Part shown: one piece after another, positions 1 to 15,273 of the stretch
Layout of the letters: every line of letters begins with the position of its first letter
Position numbering within the stretch: position 1 is the first letter of the stretch
NCBI GenBank assembly: GCA_012295275.1
Contig: CM022676.1
Location: forward strand, 5,704,001-5,768,000
Direction of reading: 5' to 3'
Source: Chrysomallon squamiferum
Taxonomy: Eukaryota; Animalia; Mollusca
DNA: 64,000 bases
Program-made: the position numbers and the translations under genes
Notes under the pieces: model-generated
Told to the model about the DNA's origin: nothing
Databases searched by the model: none
The model's input: only the letters and a program-made list of their open reading frames with translations

Positions 1-205
1 TGTTTTTTTTTTTTTTTATTTTTTTTTTTTTTTGAGAAGATGCACAAAACATTTGAGATTTAGAATTATTTAAATATTTAATTTTTGGGGGATTTGCTTA
101 ATTTTGTTGTGTTTTGCTTATTTTTTATTTTTATTTTTATTTTTATTTTTTTGGTTTTAATTTAATTTAATTTAATTTAATTTAATTTAATTTAATTTAT
201 TATTT

Positions 206-245
<40 letters not shown>

Positions 246-3224
246 TTCTATTTTTATTTTTTTTACTGTCATTTTTATTTATACATTTGGAAAACAAGTG
301 ATTTGATTTTGATCACCAGGTATTTTCTAGTTTCAGTTATAGTAAAAACAAAATGAATTCTTAGAAAAATTTTATATTCATGAGGAACAAAAAATGATAA
401 TAACAACTTAGATTAAATAAAATATTCAATTTCTAATAAAAAAAAAAGTCTTATTAGGAAGTATTTCATATTCATCGAGTGTCCACAAAAATAACTAATA
501 ATAAATAATAATAACTTTTATTTAATTTTACTAATTTAATAGATTAATGCTCAAAAATATGTTCTTACAAAAATATAAAATTTTAAAATAAAAACTAAAA
601 AATAAATATATATATATTTTTTTTAAATAATAATAATAAAGAAAATATAATGATGATGATGATGATGATGATATATTCACAAAAAAAAAAAAAAAAATCT
701 TAACCACAATAATAATAATTCAGAACAAATTAATATTCATTGGATTAAAAAAACAAATTAAAAATTACATAAAAGATTGTTTGTATTAATGTAACTCTTC
801 TTCTTCTTCAAAATACATACATGTAAATTAAACAATTAAATAATTAAATTAAATTAAAAATATTTGTATAAATTCTCAAAAAAAAAAAAAAAAAGCAGAA
901 AACAAACAAAATCTTTAACAATGAAAAAATAAAAATTAAATAAGTGATTAAATTTGTTTTAAAAATACAATAAGTAATTGAAAAGTAGTACAGTAAAATA
1001 AAATAAATTAATAAAATAAGCAATTTAAAAATGTAAAAATAATTAAATGAGTTAAAAATAAGGAATTTTGAATATTTTTAAAATAATATGATAAATAAAG
1101 TAAATAATCTAAAAATAAAATAGCATTAAAAAAATAAAAATAATAAAAAAAAAAGATATTCAAAAAAATAAAATAAGAAATTCAAAAACTGAAAATAACT
1201 AAATTAAGATTATAAAGCAATAAATAAAAATAAAGTAACAAATTAAAAAACAAAATAACCATTTCACAAAATCAAAATTACCATTTCAAAGAACAAAACA
1301 AGCAATTTAAAATAACAAAATAATACCAAAAAAAAAATTAATTTAAAAAAATAACAAAAATTTAAAAACAAGATAACCAATTTAACAAAAAAAAACACCA
1401 AAAAAACTCAAAAATTTAAAATTACAAAATTACTGTCGACTTTCCGAAAGATCAAACATCGTCAAAACAATAAAATACGTGCACCAACAACAACTACAAC
1501 ACCAGCAGCAACAATAATGAACATAAATTTTTTTTCTCCTTTAACCGGGAAGTTTTTCTTTTCTTAGGCAAAAAAGCGTGAACAAGTAAAGCATAGGTAA
1601 GCTGAGGCAATCTGTCGAAATGCTAATAAAATGGTTATGGATGTTGTGATGGGGAAACATGGAGGAATATGGTGGGTTTATAACTTCTTTTATCACGTCA
1701 GTGGATGTGTTTTTATTGGTGTGTGTTACAGTGTGAGTGTTTTTATGTTGTTGTGAGTACTTTATGAGAAGCAAAGCAAAAACTCTCTCTCTCTCTCTCT
1801 CCAGCTAGTCAATAGTTTCTGAGTAAGATGAGAGGCCTCATTTGGGTAATATCAAATTTTTTGTTTTGTTTTGTTTTGTTTTTAGGGTAAATTTGTATTT
1901 TGGTGATCAGGTAATGTAATGTGGTTTGTGTGTGTCTGTTTGTTTTATTTTTTTTTACTTTTTTGGTGTGTTTGTATGTGTGTATATGTGTGTTAGCTGT
2001 GTTATGTGTGTGTGTGTGTGTTTTTATATATATAAATATATGCATTTATATTATATGAGATTATGTCTGTATGTATGTGATGGTGTATTTATGTACACAC
2101 ATATATATATTTATGTATGTATGTATGTATGTATTTGAGAGTATGTGTTTGTATTAACAATATATGTACATATATATACTAAAAATGCATACATATATAT
2201 ATATATATATATATGTATTATTAAATAGTATATGTCAAGTACCTTTAGATTATATAACATTAATGGCAACAACAACAATAATAATAATAATAACTGATAC
2301 AAAAAGAACTAAAATCTTAAATTTTAGGCACAAAAATTCTGTTAATTATACGAAAACAAACCCACACAGGGCCTCATCGCATAAAATGGATTTGGTCTTT
2401 AATATAACGGTACAGGGGAGTCTATTATCATGGTAGATCAAACCATTGATTGGCTGAAAATCATTGAACAGGTCACCAGTGATCTAGAGTTATGTACCTT
2501 GGCACGGAGCTCTTCCTAATTGAAATCTTACTCTTTCGCGGATGAGCGGTTCCAGATCTCTGGTCGACAACAGAAAACTATTACCAACTGATCACAATTG
2601 GAAGTGAGGCTTCGAGGAGAGTTCATCACCGATGATGCGTGAAATGTGATAACTTACTTGATGATGGCTAAGAGCTTAAGACGTATCGACGTAAAATGGC
2701 CGATTTTTTATTCTTTCTTTTTTATTTTTTTTATGGAGTAGATCATCAATTTTTTATTTGTTTTTTTTTAAATATAAAAAAAAATATGTTTTCCTTATTG
2801 ATTTCTGCATGATTTGAAAAAAAAAAAATTCAGTCTTTTAGTTCTTATTTGTGAAAAAAAAGAAAGAAAATAAATTAAAAAATACAAAAAAACAAAATAA
2901 GAAAAAAAGTATGGTTTGAGATCTGTAATTTGTTGTACTTCTTTTGGTAATTTGCTGAAGAGTTCCAACATTAGTAGTAAAAATCAGGTTTTTATTCATG
3001 CAAAAAAAAAAAAAATGAAACATGAAATATTGTGGAATTGGATGAGAGGGGGAAAAAAACAAAAGTAATCATGAAATGTTGTTAAAGTGTTTAGGCCAAT
3101 AATTTACAAATATTATAGATTTTTTATATTTATTTATTTATTTATTTATTTTTTATTTTTATTTGTATTTTTATTTTATTTATTTATTTATTTTATTATA
3201 TTTTTATTTTTTTATTTATTTATT

Positions 3225-3296
<72 letters not shown>

Positions 3297-3476
3297 TTTT
3301 ATTTTTCCCTTGTAGTTTGATGTGAAGAGTTTTAAGATGTGTGTTTGTATATCCAGTTCTTTGATATTTTTATTATTGGAATGGTGCATGATGGGAACAT
3401 TTTCGGAATTGCATAGAAATATATCTGTGAAGTTTTTCATCTGCAGAGTTAAACAAAGATAATTCTTGCATCAAAG

Positions 3477-3537
<61 letters not shown>

Positions 3538-3951
3538 TCTCGCTCTCTTTACACACACACATACACACATCCATCCATCTATCTATATTCATTATTTATA
3601 TCTCTATTCATTCTTCTAAACATTCATCCATCCATCCATCCATCCATCCATCTATTCTTCTGTTTCTCTATTTCTCTGTTTATTTATGCTATAAAATGTG
3701 AAAATATATTAGTGATTATTACTTCAGTTGATTCCTTGTTTTCATTTTTATCTATTTCACTTTTTTCATTGTTAATACTAGTGATTGATTCACAAGGACA
3801 AACTTTACAATTTTTTCTTTTTTTTTTTCTTTCTTTCTTTCTGTCTTTCATTATTATTTATTTATTCCTTATTTATTTTTTAAAAAAAACATTTTTTTCA
3901 CTCTATCATCACGACAAACATTACAAATCATTCCAAACCTTGTATTATTAA

Positions 3952-3982
<31 letters not shown>

Positions 3983-4910
3983 AAAAATGATTCTTTTTCA
4001 TTTTTTTTTTTTTTTTTTTTATATTTATTACTTTCTACTTTATATTTTTCCTACGAAAATTACTTACCATAAAAATGGGCCCAGTTTTATGTTTTCTAAT
4101 TTTCAACATCAGTTGGCTCGGTTTATTAAAAAAAAAAAAAAAAAAAAAAATGAAACAAGACGACAAAGCTGGTTATTGAAACTTCGGCTCTCTGCTCTTT
4201 ATATTGAATCCACTGCATGAATGGACTTATAAACATTTATGATGTAGATTGGCATAAAATACTGATCAGGCTTTGGACATAAAATAAACAAGGATGATGG
4301 GGTGAATGAATTTTTTTTTGTTGTTGTCGTCACTGGAGTGTGCTTGTGTTTGATCTGGACTAAGAGTGCATTAACACTTTGACTGATAACAGCGTTGACT
4401 CCATAACTGATAAGATGCATTAATCCCTTTAAGTGTTAAAGGTTTTTTTGTAAGTCACAAACGATGCGTATTCTGTTTAAGTAATAAGTGTATTGACTGT
4501 TCTAAGTAATGTGAATGTTAACTCGTAAAATGAAAAGTGGATTTACTCTTTGGCTGATAAAAGGATTAACCCTTTAAGTGATAAATTCATTAGCGTTTTT
4601 TTTTTTATATAACTTATAAGTTTATTAATGTTCTTATTGATAAATATATAAATTTGATCACAGACAAATGTGTTAATTTATTAACTGGTGATAATACTAC
4701 ATTAGCATTCAGTAACCCATCAGATTGTGTTTTAAAATTTATTACTCATTTTTTGTGAAAAATAATTATAAATTTTTATTTTTTTTTTTTTTTTTTTTCA
4801 GGATATATAGTTTACCTATGAAAGGAGGAAAATTTTCATTTGAGGTAAGAATTTTTCTTATTTTTAAACTTAATTTTTGTTGTTTAATTTTTTTTTTAAA
4901 TTTTGATTTA

Positions 4911-5160
4911 TCAAACTCTTTTCCTCAAAATATTCCTCAAACTCTTTTTCCTCAAAATAGTCCTCAAACTCTTGTTCCTCAAAATAATCCTCAAAACTCT
5001 GTTTCCAAAAACAGTCCTCAAAACTCTTTTTTCCCCAAATAATACTCAAAACTCTTTTTTCCCCAAATAATCACAAAACTCTTCTTTTTTCACAAAATAA
5101 TCCTCAAAACTCTTTTTTTCTTCACCAAATAGTCCTCAGAACTCTTTTTTTCCCCCATCA
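4911..5160. repeat. ~27-bp minisatellite (cctcaaactctttttcctcaaaatagt), about 8-9 copies
   Basis: Visible tandem periodicity. It also explains the PQN repeats in ORF 4725-5042. Confidence 0.85.
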
Positions 5161-5519
5161 AATCAGCAGTCAAGTCCTCATTCTCTTATCTACACAGCAG
5201 TCTTCAGCTAGGAGAATCAAACTGGTGACAAATTTATTGATCTTCTCTCCGATGGGATTTAAGCACCTCACTCTCTTCATTTGTTTAACTACACACACAC
5301 ACTTTTACTCCTTTTCTTGCCTTGGGATTGTGGGATTTTATCACCAGAAAAAAAAAAAAAAAAAATAATAAAGAATAAAAAAAATTCTCAAAAAATATTC
5401 GCCATCAGGGTTTGCTTTAAGACGAGGCATATTAAATTTGGGGACGTACGTTTAGAAAATATATTTAAAAAAATATTTTTTAATGATTTTCATCTTCTTT
5501 AATATTTTTTTAAAATATT

Positions 5520-5780
5520 CTTTTTTATAAATCTTTTTAATATTATTTTTTTTATATAAATTGTTTTAATGTTCTTTTATTTAAAATATTATTATTTTTT
5601 TAAAATATATAAAATTCTTTTTATATTTTTTTTTTTATATAAATTGTTTTAATGTTCTTTTATTTAAAATATTATTTATAAATCTTTTTAATATTTTTTT
5701 TAATATAAATTGTTTTAATGTTCTTTTATTTAAAATAGTATTTATAAATCTTTTTAATATTTTTTATAAATATTTTTAAT
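5520..5780. repeat. AT-rich tandem repeat, 3 copies of tataaattgttttaatgttcttttatttaaaata
   Basis: Direct copies at about 5556, 5638 and 5705. Confidence 0.8.
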
Positions 5781-5792
5781 ATTTTTCATATA

Positions 5793-5823
<31 letters not shown>

Positions 5824-6177
5824 TTTTCAATGATTTTTTATCTTCAGGGTAAACTGTTCCCCCCACACCCCCACCCTTTTGACTTTCAAGATCTGCCCCT
5901 TGTTATATGTCACATGATATTCTGATATGTGTGAATATTGGTTATACGAGTGTAGAGATTTGTACTTCCTCTGTTTCAAAGAATGCAGATTAGAGCAGCT
6001 TGTGTGCTTTTCGGGAGATGGAGGGATTTACAAATAAAACCAAACTCTAAGAGCACCATGATTGAGTGAACTCAAAGCTCGAGAGCTTTTTTCAGTTAGG
6101 AGGGATTTGAAACAGAAATAGAAATCAAAACTGGATGTAATAGATATTGAATTTTGTTTGTTTTTGATTTGGATTGT

Positions 6178-6215
<38 letters not shown>

Positions 6216-7110
6216 GAATATTATATGGATTTTGTTTTTTTTTTTGTTGTTTTTATTATTGTTATTTTTATCAGAAGGAAGAGTGAGAAAAAGACATAGA
6301 TTAGTGAAATATATATATATATATATATAGAAAGAGAGAGAGAGACAGAAACAGAGAGAGAGGAAGACAGTGATAGAGAGTGACAAAGAAAGGAATATAC
6401 ATAGATATACACAGAATGACAAAGAGATAGACTGATAGAGAGAGAGGGAACTGGAAAAATATCAAAGATATAAGATATATATTACATTACTCATTTGTTC
6501 AATATGTGTTTACTACACCAAAGCAGAAAATAATCACAGATATTTCATGTGTTAAACATTCCATCTGATTTGTATATATATCTACAAGAAACATAAATTA
6601 AAAATTGAAGAAAAACACAGAAAAAAGCCAATGACATACAAACATAATTTAATAACCGTGTAACTTTCAAACATTCATTTTTTTCAGATTGCATATAACA
6701 ATAATAATAGTAATAGTAATAATAATAGTAATAGTAATAGTATTAATAATAATAATAATAATAGTAATAATAGTAATAATAATAATAACAATAATATTAA
6801 CAATAATAAAATAATAAATAAATAAATAAATAAATAAATACATCCATAAAATAAAATAAATTGCAAAAAAATAATTTAAAAAATAAAATACACTAAACTA
6901 AAGGAACAAACATAAAACAACACAACAAACACAAATGAACAGACATACACTAATTTCTACAAATCCAACTTATCACATTACTAACAGAAAATAATAATCA
7001 CAGACAACTTCACATGCATCACAAACACACTCTATATGTATGTGATGACACAGGCAGATGTAAAATAAAATCTACTGTTTGTACAGTCAGTAAATTGAAC
7101 GTTCAAACCA

Positions 7111-7197
7111 TTAACCGTTGAACACTGAGATATTCTGTGTCTGCCCATCAACAAACTGGTCCTCCACAAACATGTGACAAGAATCACTGGAGGCAAT
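7111..7197 (-). CDS. Putative terminal coding exon of an unidentified minus-strand gene (IASSDSCHMFVEDQFVDGQTQNISVFNG*)
   Basis: Acceptor tttcagtgtctgcag|ATT (AG at 7199-7198). 28 non-repetitive codons run to TAA. Phase-0 start matches the phase-0 donor of exon 12682-12737. Confidence 0.6.
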   Translation of the reverse strand: MASSDSCHMFVEDQFVDGQTQNISVFNG

Positions 7198-7281
7198 CTG
7201 CAGACACTGAAATCTCTTAGGTTCTTCAAGTCCAGTCAATATTTTCTTTATATTACAGTTAGTTTTATTAGAGTGAGAGTG

Positions 7282-7341
<60 letters not shown>

Positions 7342-7429
7342 TGTGTGAAATCTGCAGACACTAAAGTCTCTTAGGTTCTTCAAGTCCAGTCAATATTTTC
7401 TTTATATTACAGTTAGTTTTATTAGAGTG

Positions 7430-7525
<96 letters not shown>

Positions 7526-7569
7526 CTGAGAAAGATCTTAGGTTCTTCAAGAGGAAGTTTTAAAGGGAG

Positions 7570-7617
<48 letters not shown>

Positions 7618-7696
7618 TCTGCAGACACTAAAGTCTCTTAGGTTCTTCAAGTCCAGTCAATATTTTCTTTATATTACAGTTAGTTTTATTAGAGTG

Positions 7697-7788
<92 letters not shown>

Positions 7789-7951
7789 ACTGCAGACAGA
7801 AGTCTCTTAGGAAGGAGGAATATTTTCTTTATATTACAGTTAGTTTTATTAGAGTGAGTGTGTGTGTGTGAAATCTGCAGACACTAAAGTGTCTTAGGTT
7901 CTTCAAGTCCAGTCAATATTTTCTTTATATTACAGTTAGTTTTATTACAGT

Positions 7952-8001
<50 letters not shown>

Positions 8002-8064
8002 CACTAAAGTGTCTTAGGTTCTTCAAGTCCAGTCAATATTTTCTTTATATTACAGTTAATTAGA

Positions 8065-8147
<83 letters not shown>

Positions 8148-8229
8148 TGTGTGAAATCTGCAGACACTAATGTCTCTTAGGTTCTTCAAGTCCAGTCAAT
8201 ATTTTCTTTATATTACAGTTAGTTTTATT

Positions 8230-8300
<71 letters not shown>

Positions 8301-8515
8301 AAAAGAGAGATGAGAGAGAAAGAGAGTGTGTGTGTGAGAGAGAGAGTGTGTGTGTGTGAGAGAGAAAGAGAGAATGTGTGTGTGTGTGTGTGAGAGAGAA
8401 AGAGAGAGAGAGAGAGTGTGTGTGTGTGTGTGTGAAATCTGCAGACACAAGTCTTGTAGGTTGTTGAAGTATGATCAATACTTTCTTTATATAACAGTTT
8501 TATTACAGTGTGTGT
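7195..8515. repeat. Compound tandem array: ~75-bp unique unit plus variable (GT)n, about 9 units
   Basis: aatctgcagacactaaagtctcttaggttcttcaagtccagtcaatattttctttatattacagttagttttattagag repeats. ctgcag occurs at 7198, 7352, 7619, 7790, 7875, 8158 and 8439. Confidence 0.9.
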
Positions 8516-8895
8516 AAAATGTGTGTGTAAGTGTGTCTGTGTGTTTGTATAAGTATATATCTATATATATATATATATGTATGGAATTAACAACAATATT
8601 TATTAAAAATGTCATTAATCACTTAATTAAAATCATTAATATATTAAAAGATACTTTATCAAACAATTAATTTAATCTTTAATTGACAGAAATAATATTT
8701 CATTACCATTTAATCTAGATAATAATATCCATCATTTTAATACTGCGTATTAACATTGTAAAAAAAAAACCACACACACCAATTTTATCATCTAATTATC
8801 CGTATTAATATCGAAAACCGTCTTTTATCATTGGATTAATTTATAACTTAATTAGCACAGAACAGTTCGCTAAATCTCCTGCTTTTCACATATCA

Positions 8896-8911
8896 CCACT
8901 AGGTGTCGCTG
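8896..8911 (+). promoter_or_regulatory. CTCF-like site
   Basis: CCACTAGGTGTCGCTG is close to the CTCF core CCAC(T/C)AG(G/A)(T/G)GGC(G/A)C and lies inside a high-complexity island. Confidence 0.55.
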
Positions 8912-9355
8912 CCGGCACACCACAAGCTCACGTGCAGCTAATGCGTTTAATGCCCCTGAAGCATTTGATTAATTAAGATATTTCGCTACGTTAAACGTTG
9001 GAGCAGTGAAAAACCATCTGACTGGAATTTACGCTCGAGTTTCTGCGATTCTGTAAACATCTTTACATCCCCGCATGATTCACCGGTCAGCTGGCTATTT
9101 TTAGAATATTCATTTCGGCCATCTTGTTTATTGAATCAACAGTTGTCTTGTGCTGCTGCCACAACAAATTGGTCGAGTTGAATAAAAATGGAAATTCGTT
9201 ATTATTTGATGAGTAAATAAAAAAAAGGGGGGAAAAGATATTTCTTTCCTCAGATTATGACTGTATTTTAACAATATGAAAGCATGAGGAGTCAAATGGT
9301 TGCATTAGAACACGGGGAAAAATCTCATTTTCTGTAAATTTTATTTTTATAAAAA

Positions 9356-9392
<37 letters not shown>

Positions 9393-9795
9393 GATTAAGA
9401 TTTGACTCCCCCCGGTGCTGAAGATTTCGTTTCAAAGGGAGGTAATTCAGATGTTGAGTTATCTCTGTTGCTTGTAACAGAAAGAAAACAGCTCGGGCGA
9501 TGAAACTGGTAATTGAATTAGAAAGAAGTTCAATGGAGAGAAATAAAATCGCTGTTTATTTTGACTCATGTTTCTGGCCTCCAGATTCTTAAATTCTCTT
9601 ATTGCTTCGTTTTATTTTCTTATTTAAATAATTGTCAGGAAAATTGGCCATTATTGGATAGATTCTATTGGCTGAATTGGCATGAGTATGCATACACTTA
9701 CACAAAAACACACACACACACAAATACACGGGCATGCATGCACATACATACACAAACACATACATGCATGCACATACATACACAAACACACACAT

Positions 9796-9835
<40 letters not shown>

Positions 9836-10056
9836 TCTCCAATAACAGTGACATCTCTATCTGCAGTGTTACAATATTGCAATACACCTTCACATTAAAA
9901 ATATAGTTACCACAGTGTCTCTCTCTCTGTCTCTCTGTCTCTCTTTTTCTTTCTGTTTCTTTTTCTCTCTCTTTCTATCTCTGTCTCTCTGTCTATGTGT
10001 CAATCTGGGTCTCATTTGCTCTCTTTCTCTGTCTCTCTCTCAAGTATTTCTGTCTA

Positions 10057-10237
10057 TATCAGGGTGTCTCTGTCTAAATGGTTGTCTATTAGGGTGTCTA
10101 AGGTTGAATTCTTCTGCAACTTTCAATAAGACCATCCTTGTCTCCACAAGTACCAACTCGATTCTTTCTTCTTTGCCATCATTATGAAAAATACATAAAT
10201 AAATAATAGTAAAATCTTCTTTGTGGACACTCTTTAA
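10057..10237 (-). mobile_element. Degenerate Tc1/mariner-type transposon relic (N-terminal HTH of transposase)
   Basis: Minus strand reads KEERIELVL...(QGWSY* via frameshift)...KVAEEFNLRHPNRQP, resembling DUF4817-type transposase N-termini as I recall them. TIR-like AGAGTGTCCACAAAG lies at ~10220-10234. Confidence 0.6.
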
Positions 10238-10737
10238 TCTTCTTTAATTTTTGCCTTTTTCTGTTCATTCTCTCTCTGCATTTGTCTCCATATCTTTCCC
10301 TCTTCTCCACACTTTCCTTCTTCTCTCTCTCTCTGTCTCGCTTTCTCTCTCTCTCTCTCTCATACACATATATACAGACACATCCTCACTAAATTAAGAC
10401 CACTGACAATAAAACTCCAGCAAGAGCATTATAAAACGAACCAACAAATTACATGAAAACCAACCAAGCGTAAACATTGAGACATACAGAAAATTAACTC
10501 ATCTGCCATTTCGGTATTATTACTTTAACATTGTTATTTGTTTTCCTAATTAATTAATTAATTAATTAAACCCATCCTGTTGTTACTATTTGCACAGGCT
10601 AAGCACCTCTGTAATAGATGTATTAAAAGTACTTTGTCTCAACATGGATGTACCAGATGAACTTTTTTATATGACTATAGGTTTTATAGGTTTTATATAT
10701 AACAAAATAGGTTTTATGACATAACAAAATGTATGTA

Positions 10738-10809
<72 letters not shown>

Positions 10810-11235
10810 TAATGTGTGTGTATATATGTATATATATATGATAAAAATAATTACATAAATAATACTATAATACAGACAATGAAGATATAATTTTATTTTA
10901 TATTATGTTATTTTGATTAATAATTAACAGCAACATATAACATTGTTATAAAATAATATGAGCATTTTGTGTTATATATTACAAACAATGATATATAATA
11001 ATGTAATATATATGGTAAATGTGTTATATAAAATGTTATCTTGATTATGTATTAATATTTAATATATAACATTATTATAATATATGAATGTATCATGTTA
11101 TATATGAAGTTATTTTGACTATATTAAACAGTAATAATTATATAAAATTATAATAAAATGTATTTATTTATTTATTAATTAATTAATTTACTTATTATAT
11201 ATCTATTTATTTACTTATTATTTATTTATATACTT

Positions 11236-11267
<32 letters not shown>

Positions 11268-11947
11268 CTTATTTATTTATAATTCAGTCAGTTGCCAATT
11301 TAAACATGAATAATTCATTATCTGTATTATCTCCCTTTGACACAAATCATATTGTGATCATTAATATTTCTATATATTTAATGCTGAATGTAGATAACAG
11401 TGATTATATATTATCAGTAATATTAAATTATATACACTGAACAGTATTGAACATGTAAATATAAAAGATATTGAATTTGTCATTAGATAACTATGTTTTT
11501 TGGTACTCAGTACACAAATATTGTATTTTTCATTATTAATTACAGATTTATCTTCTGACATTTTTATCAATATCTGATTAACTGATATTCACAAACCAGT
11601 AAATTATCCCCCTTATCTTAATTGTAGTATTTGTATTTTCCTCCACTTGATAAAGGGCATTACATCTTTTTTTTCTCTGCATGATTGCTTATCTTTATCT
11701 TTTGCCCCTATCTCTCATTCTTGTTCATCTCTGTCTTGCACTTTCTCTCTTCTTTCTCTCTTATTCTTCCTTCTGTCTCCAGTTTTTCTACTTCCTGATT
11801 TATTTCTGATTTATTTTTTCCTTCTGAAAGCCTTCCTATCTTTCTAGTTCTCTGAAGTTTTTTCAGTGTTGTCGTTAATTTTTATCTTTGTATTTTGTTA
11901 TTGCCTTTCTATTTTTTAAACCTTTCTTTCTTTTTCTCTCTGTTACC

Positions 11948-12200
<253 letters not shown>

Positions 12201-12681
12201 CCTCTCCCTCTATCTCCATTTCAGTTATTAAGTCATCTCTCTTCTTTCTATTAATAAATCATCTAAGAATTAACATTAGCTCTAACATAATATCCACATG
12301 TATTCATAGAGCAAACACATTCTGTGTACTGTATAGCAGAACCATCCTTTAAATAGGATTTATTATGATATGATAGGATATTGCAAACAGGCATATTGGT
12401 ATCAAACAACTACTAATATGTATGTGCTTGTCTGAATGTATATATGTATGTGAGTCTGTGTATATGTGTGGGTGTTTGTATGTGTATGTTCTTGTGTTTG
12501 TTTATGAATATGTGTGTATATGTTTGTGTGTCTGTGTGTATGTCTATACATTATCAGACAGGTGTATCAACTATAAAAATCAATTTTATTTCTTTAATTT
12601 CACAAGACTTGGATTGGGCTGCAGCTCAATGCTTCAGAGGTGACAGACTGTGGGATCAATTCTTGTTACTTCACTTTTTAC

Positions 12682-12737
12682 CTGTTCAAAATGTCTGTCT
12701 AAGACTGGTTCATCAAAACCACATGGTATGTGTTTCC
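12682..12737 (-). CDS. Putative 56-nt internal coding exon ((R)KHIPCGFDEPVLDRHFEQ)
   Basis: Acceptor tcttgctgtctgcag|GG and donor GAACAG|gtaaaa. Open in the phase-1 to phase-0 frame and joins both neighbouring candidate exons in frame. Confidence 0.62.
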
Positions 12738-13391
12738 CTGCAGACAGCAAGATACATATAAAATAGTAGTGTGTATTCTGTCATTCTTACTGTCATACAG
12801 TAACATATCACTGAAGAGACAGATGAATTTTGTGTTTGTTATATAAATGTCATTAAACTAGAATAATAATAATAATAATAACATGGAGGTTCCATACTAG
12901 TTAAGATGATGAAATTATTTCAGTTAAATTTGATGAATCCTTCAAATATATTTTTAAAAGATTATAAATAAATAAACAAACAAGCAAACAAGCAAACAAA
13001 GAAAACAAAACTAGCCAACTAACTAAATAAATAAATAAATAGTAATAATGCTTCAACTGAAGTAATGAATATTTTAAAATAAACATATTTTAGGGATTTA
13101 GTCTCTTCAAATTAAATATGCAGGCTGAGTCCCCATGGATCTCCTTATATTCATTTTTAAGGGACCTAATAATAATTTTGTCTCAACACAGCATAAATTG
13201 CATACACAGACTGAGTAACTGGAATTTGTTTTCCCTTATTTAAGTTTTAAGGGATTTTTATATATAACTTCACTTTCTTTCTTTACTTGTGTATGCATGA
13301 ATGTATATATATGTATATGTATGTATGTGTGAATGTATATATGTAGGTAAGCATGTATGTTATTGTGCATTATCTATTTGTTCTCTCATCC

Positions 13392-13473
<82 letters not shown>

Positions 13474-14944
13474 TCATCAAATATTCATAATATCAAACAA
13501 TCACAATTTCTAGGTCAGACATCATTAAGTTGACTGATGTCACAATCTAATTACCTCCCTTTGTCGGTTACACGAAAACTCGAACTGGTAAGCTAAACCG
13601 AAACAAGGCATTATTTAATTACTCAACATAGATCACTGTTTTCTATACAATTAGGTCGTATAATTGTTATGGGACTTTTAAGGACCTGGGTTTTAATTTG
13701 CTATTTATGTTTCGTGTGTCTCAAGGGACTTGATGAAGATGGTGGAATATTTGCATGAAAATTACCTCTAGTGTTGTCATGCAAATGTCACAGTTTTGAA
13801 ACAGGTGTTAAAACTGCAGTAGAAGAATACTCACTGTATTGCATAGGGATGTTAACAAAAGGAACTAATGTGCGGAATCGTACTGTAATGTTATTTAGTA
13901 TTATTGCTTCTGTTGAAGTATTATGTATTGTATTAATTTGATATCGTTTAATGTAGTATATCTTGTTTCGTTGTAATAGTACTTTGTGTTATTAATATAA
14001 TGTATATTGTAATATACTGTAATACTATTATGTATATATATATATATATATATATATAATAAAAGTAAGTATATATATATATATATATATGTGTATATGT
14101 ATACACACACAAACACACAGAGGAAAACAATATATTTACACGTGTGTGTGAGTTGTATGTATATATGAAATTATATTATTACACATACTTCATGCAGCAT
14201 TATTGTAATAGTATAAGAGATACCTCAAGAGAAACAGAAAGAAGGAAAGAGAGAATAAAAGGAAGACAGAGAAAGTGAGACAGAGAGAGACATCAAGTTC
14301 TGCTTGATAACAATTCTTCAAATCAAAACACTTATTTACAAAAGATTTTAAATAAAGTTATACACATACACATATACACACACACATATATATAGAGAGA
14401 TCTTTTTTTTTTTTAAAGATAAAAGAAAACCAAGAGAAACAAAATAAAATACATTTTGTCACGAAAATGAAAATATTTACACACTTTTCCCATCAAAACC
14501 AGACACTTATTTATAAAAACAACAACAATTTTTTTGTTTTGCACCCACTGACTGTCAATCTGAGACAAACTGGAAGATGTTGTCAGGAAAATATCATCCA
14601 AGATCTGCTTATTCGAACCATTCGACTTGACCGTGAACAAAGTAACTTGTTTGATTGTCCTGTCACTTTACACTGCTACTGACATTTCTGATTTATCTAC
14701 TTATCTGTTTTCGTCTGTGACCGGTGCCATTTTGCCTGGCCACTGGTCAGTGTTGTCCATCAATAAGAAATTAGTTTAACAGAGTCCTAACACCCCGATG
14801 AATTCAGGCGAATAGTTGAAGGTAGTAAGTTGTTCAGACGGTCTGTGTTGGTAATGGACTTTGATTTATTTACTGCTGTCTGGGTTTGTTGGCTGTCAGA
14901 TTTTTTTGATTTTGATAGAGTGTCTGTGTGTGTCTGTGTGTGTT

Positions 14945-15066
<122 letters not shown>

Positions 15067-15174
15067 TTTGATAGATTTAATTTATTTACTGTTGACTGGA
15101 TTTCTAGAGTGACAGATTTTTTAATTTCATGTAGGGTGTCTCTGTGTTTGAGTGTCTGAGTATGAGAGAGAGCA

Positions 15175-15273
<99 letters not shown>

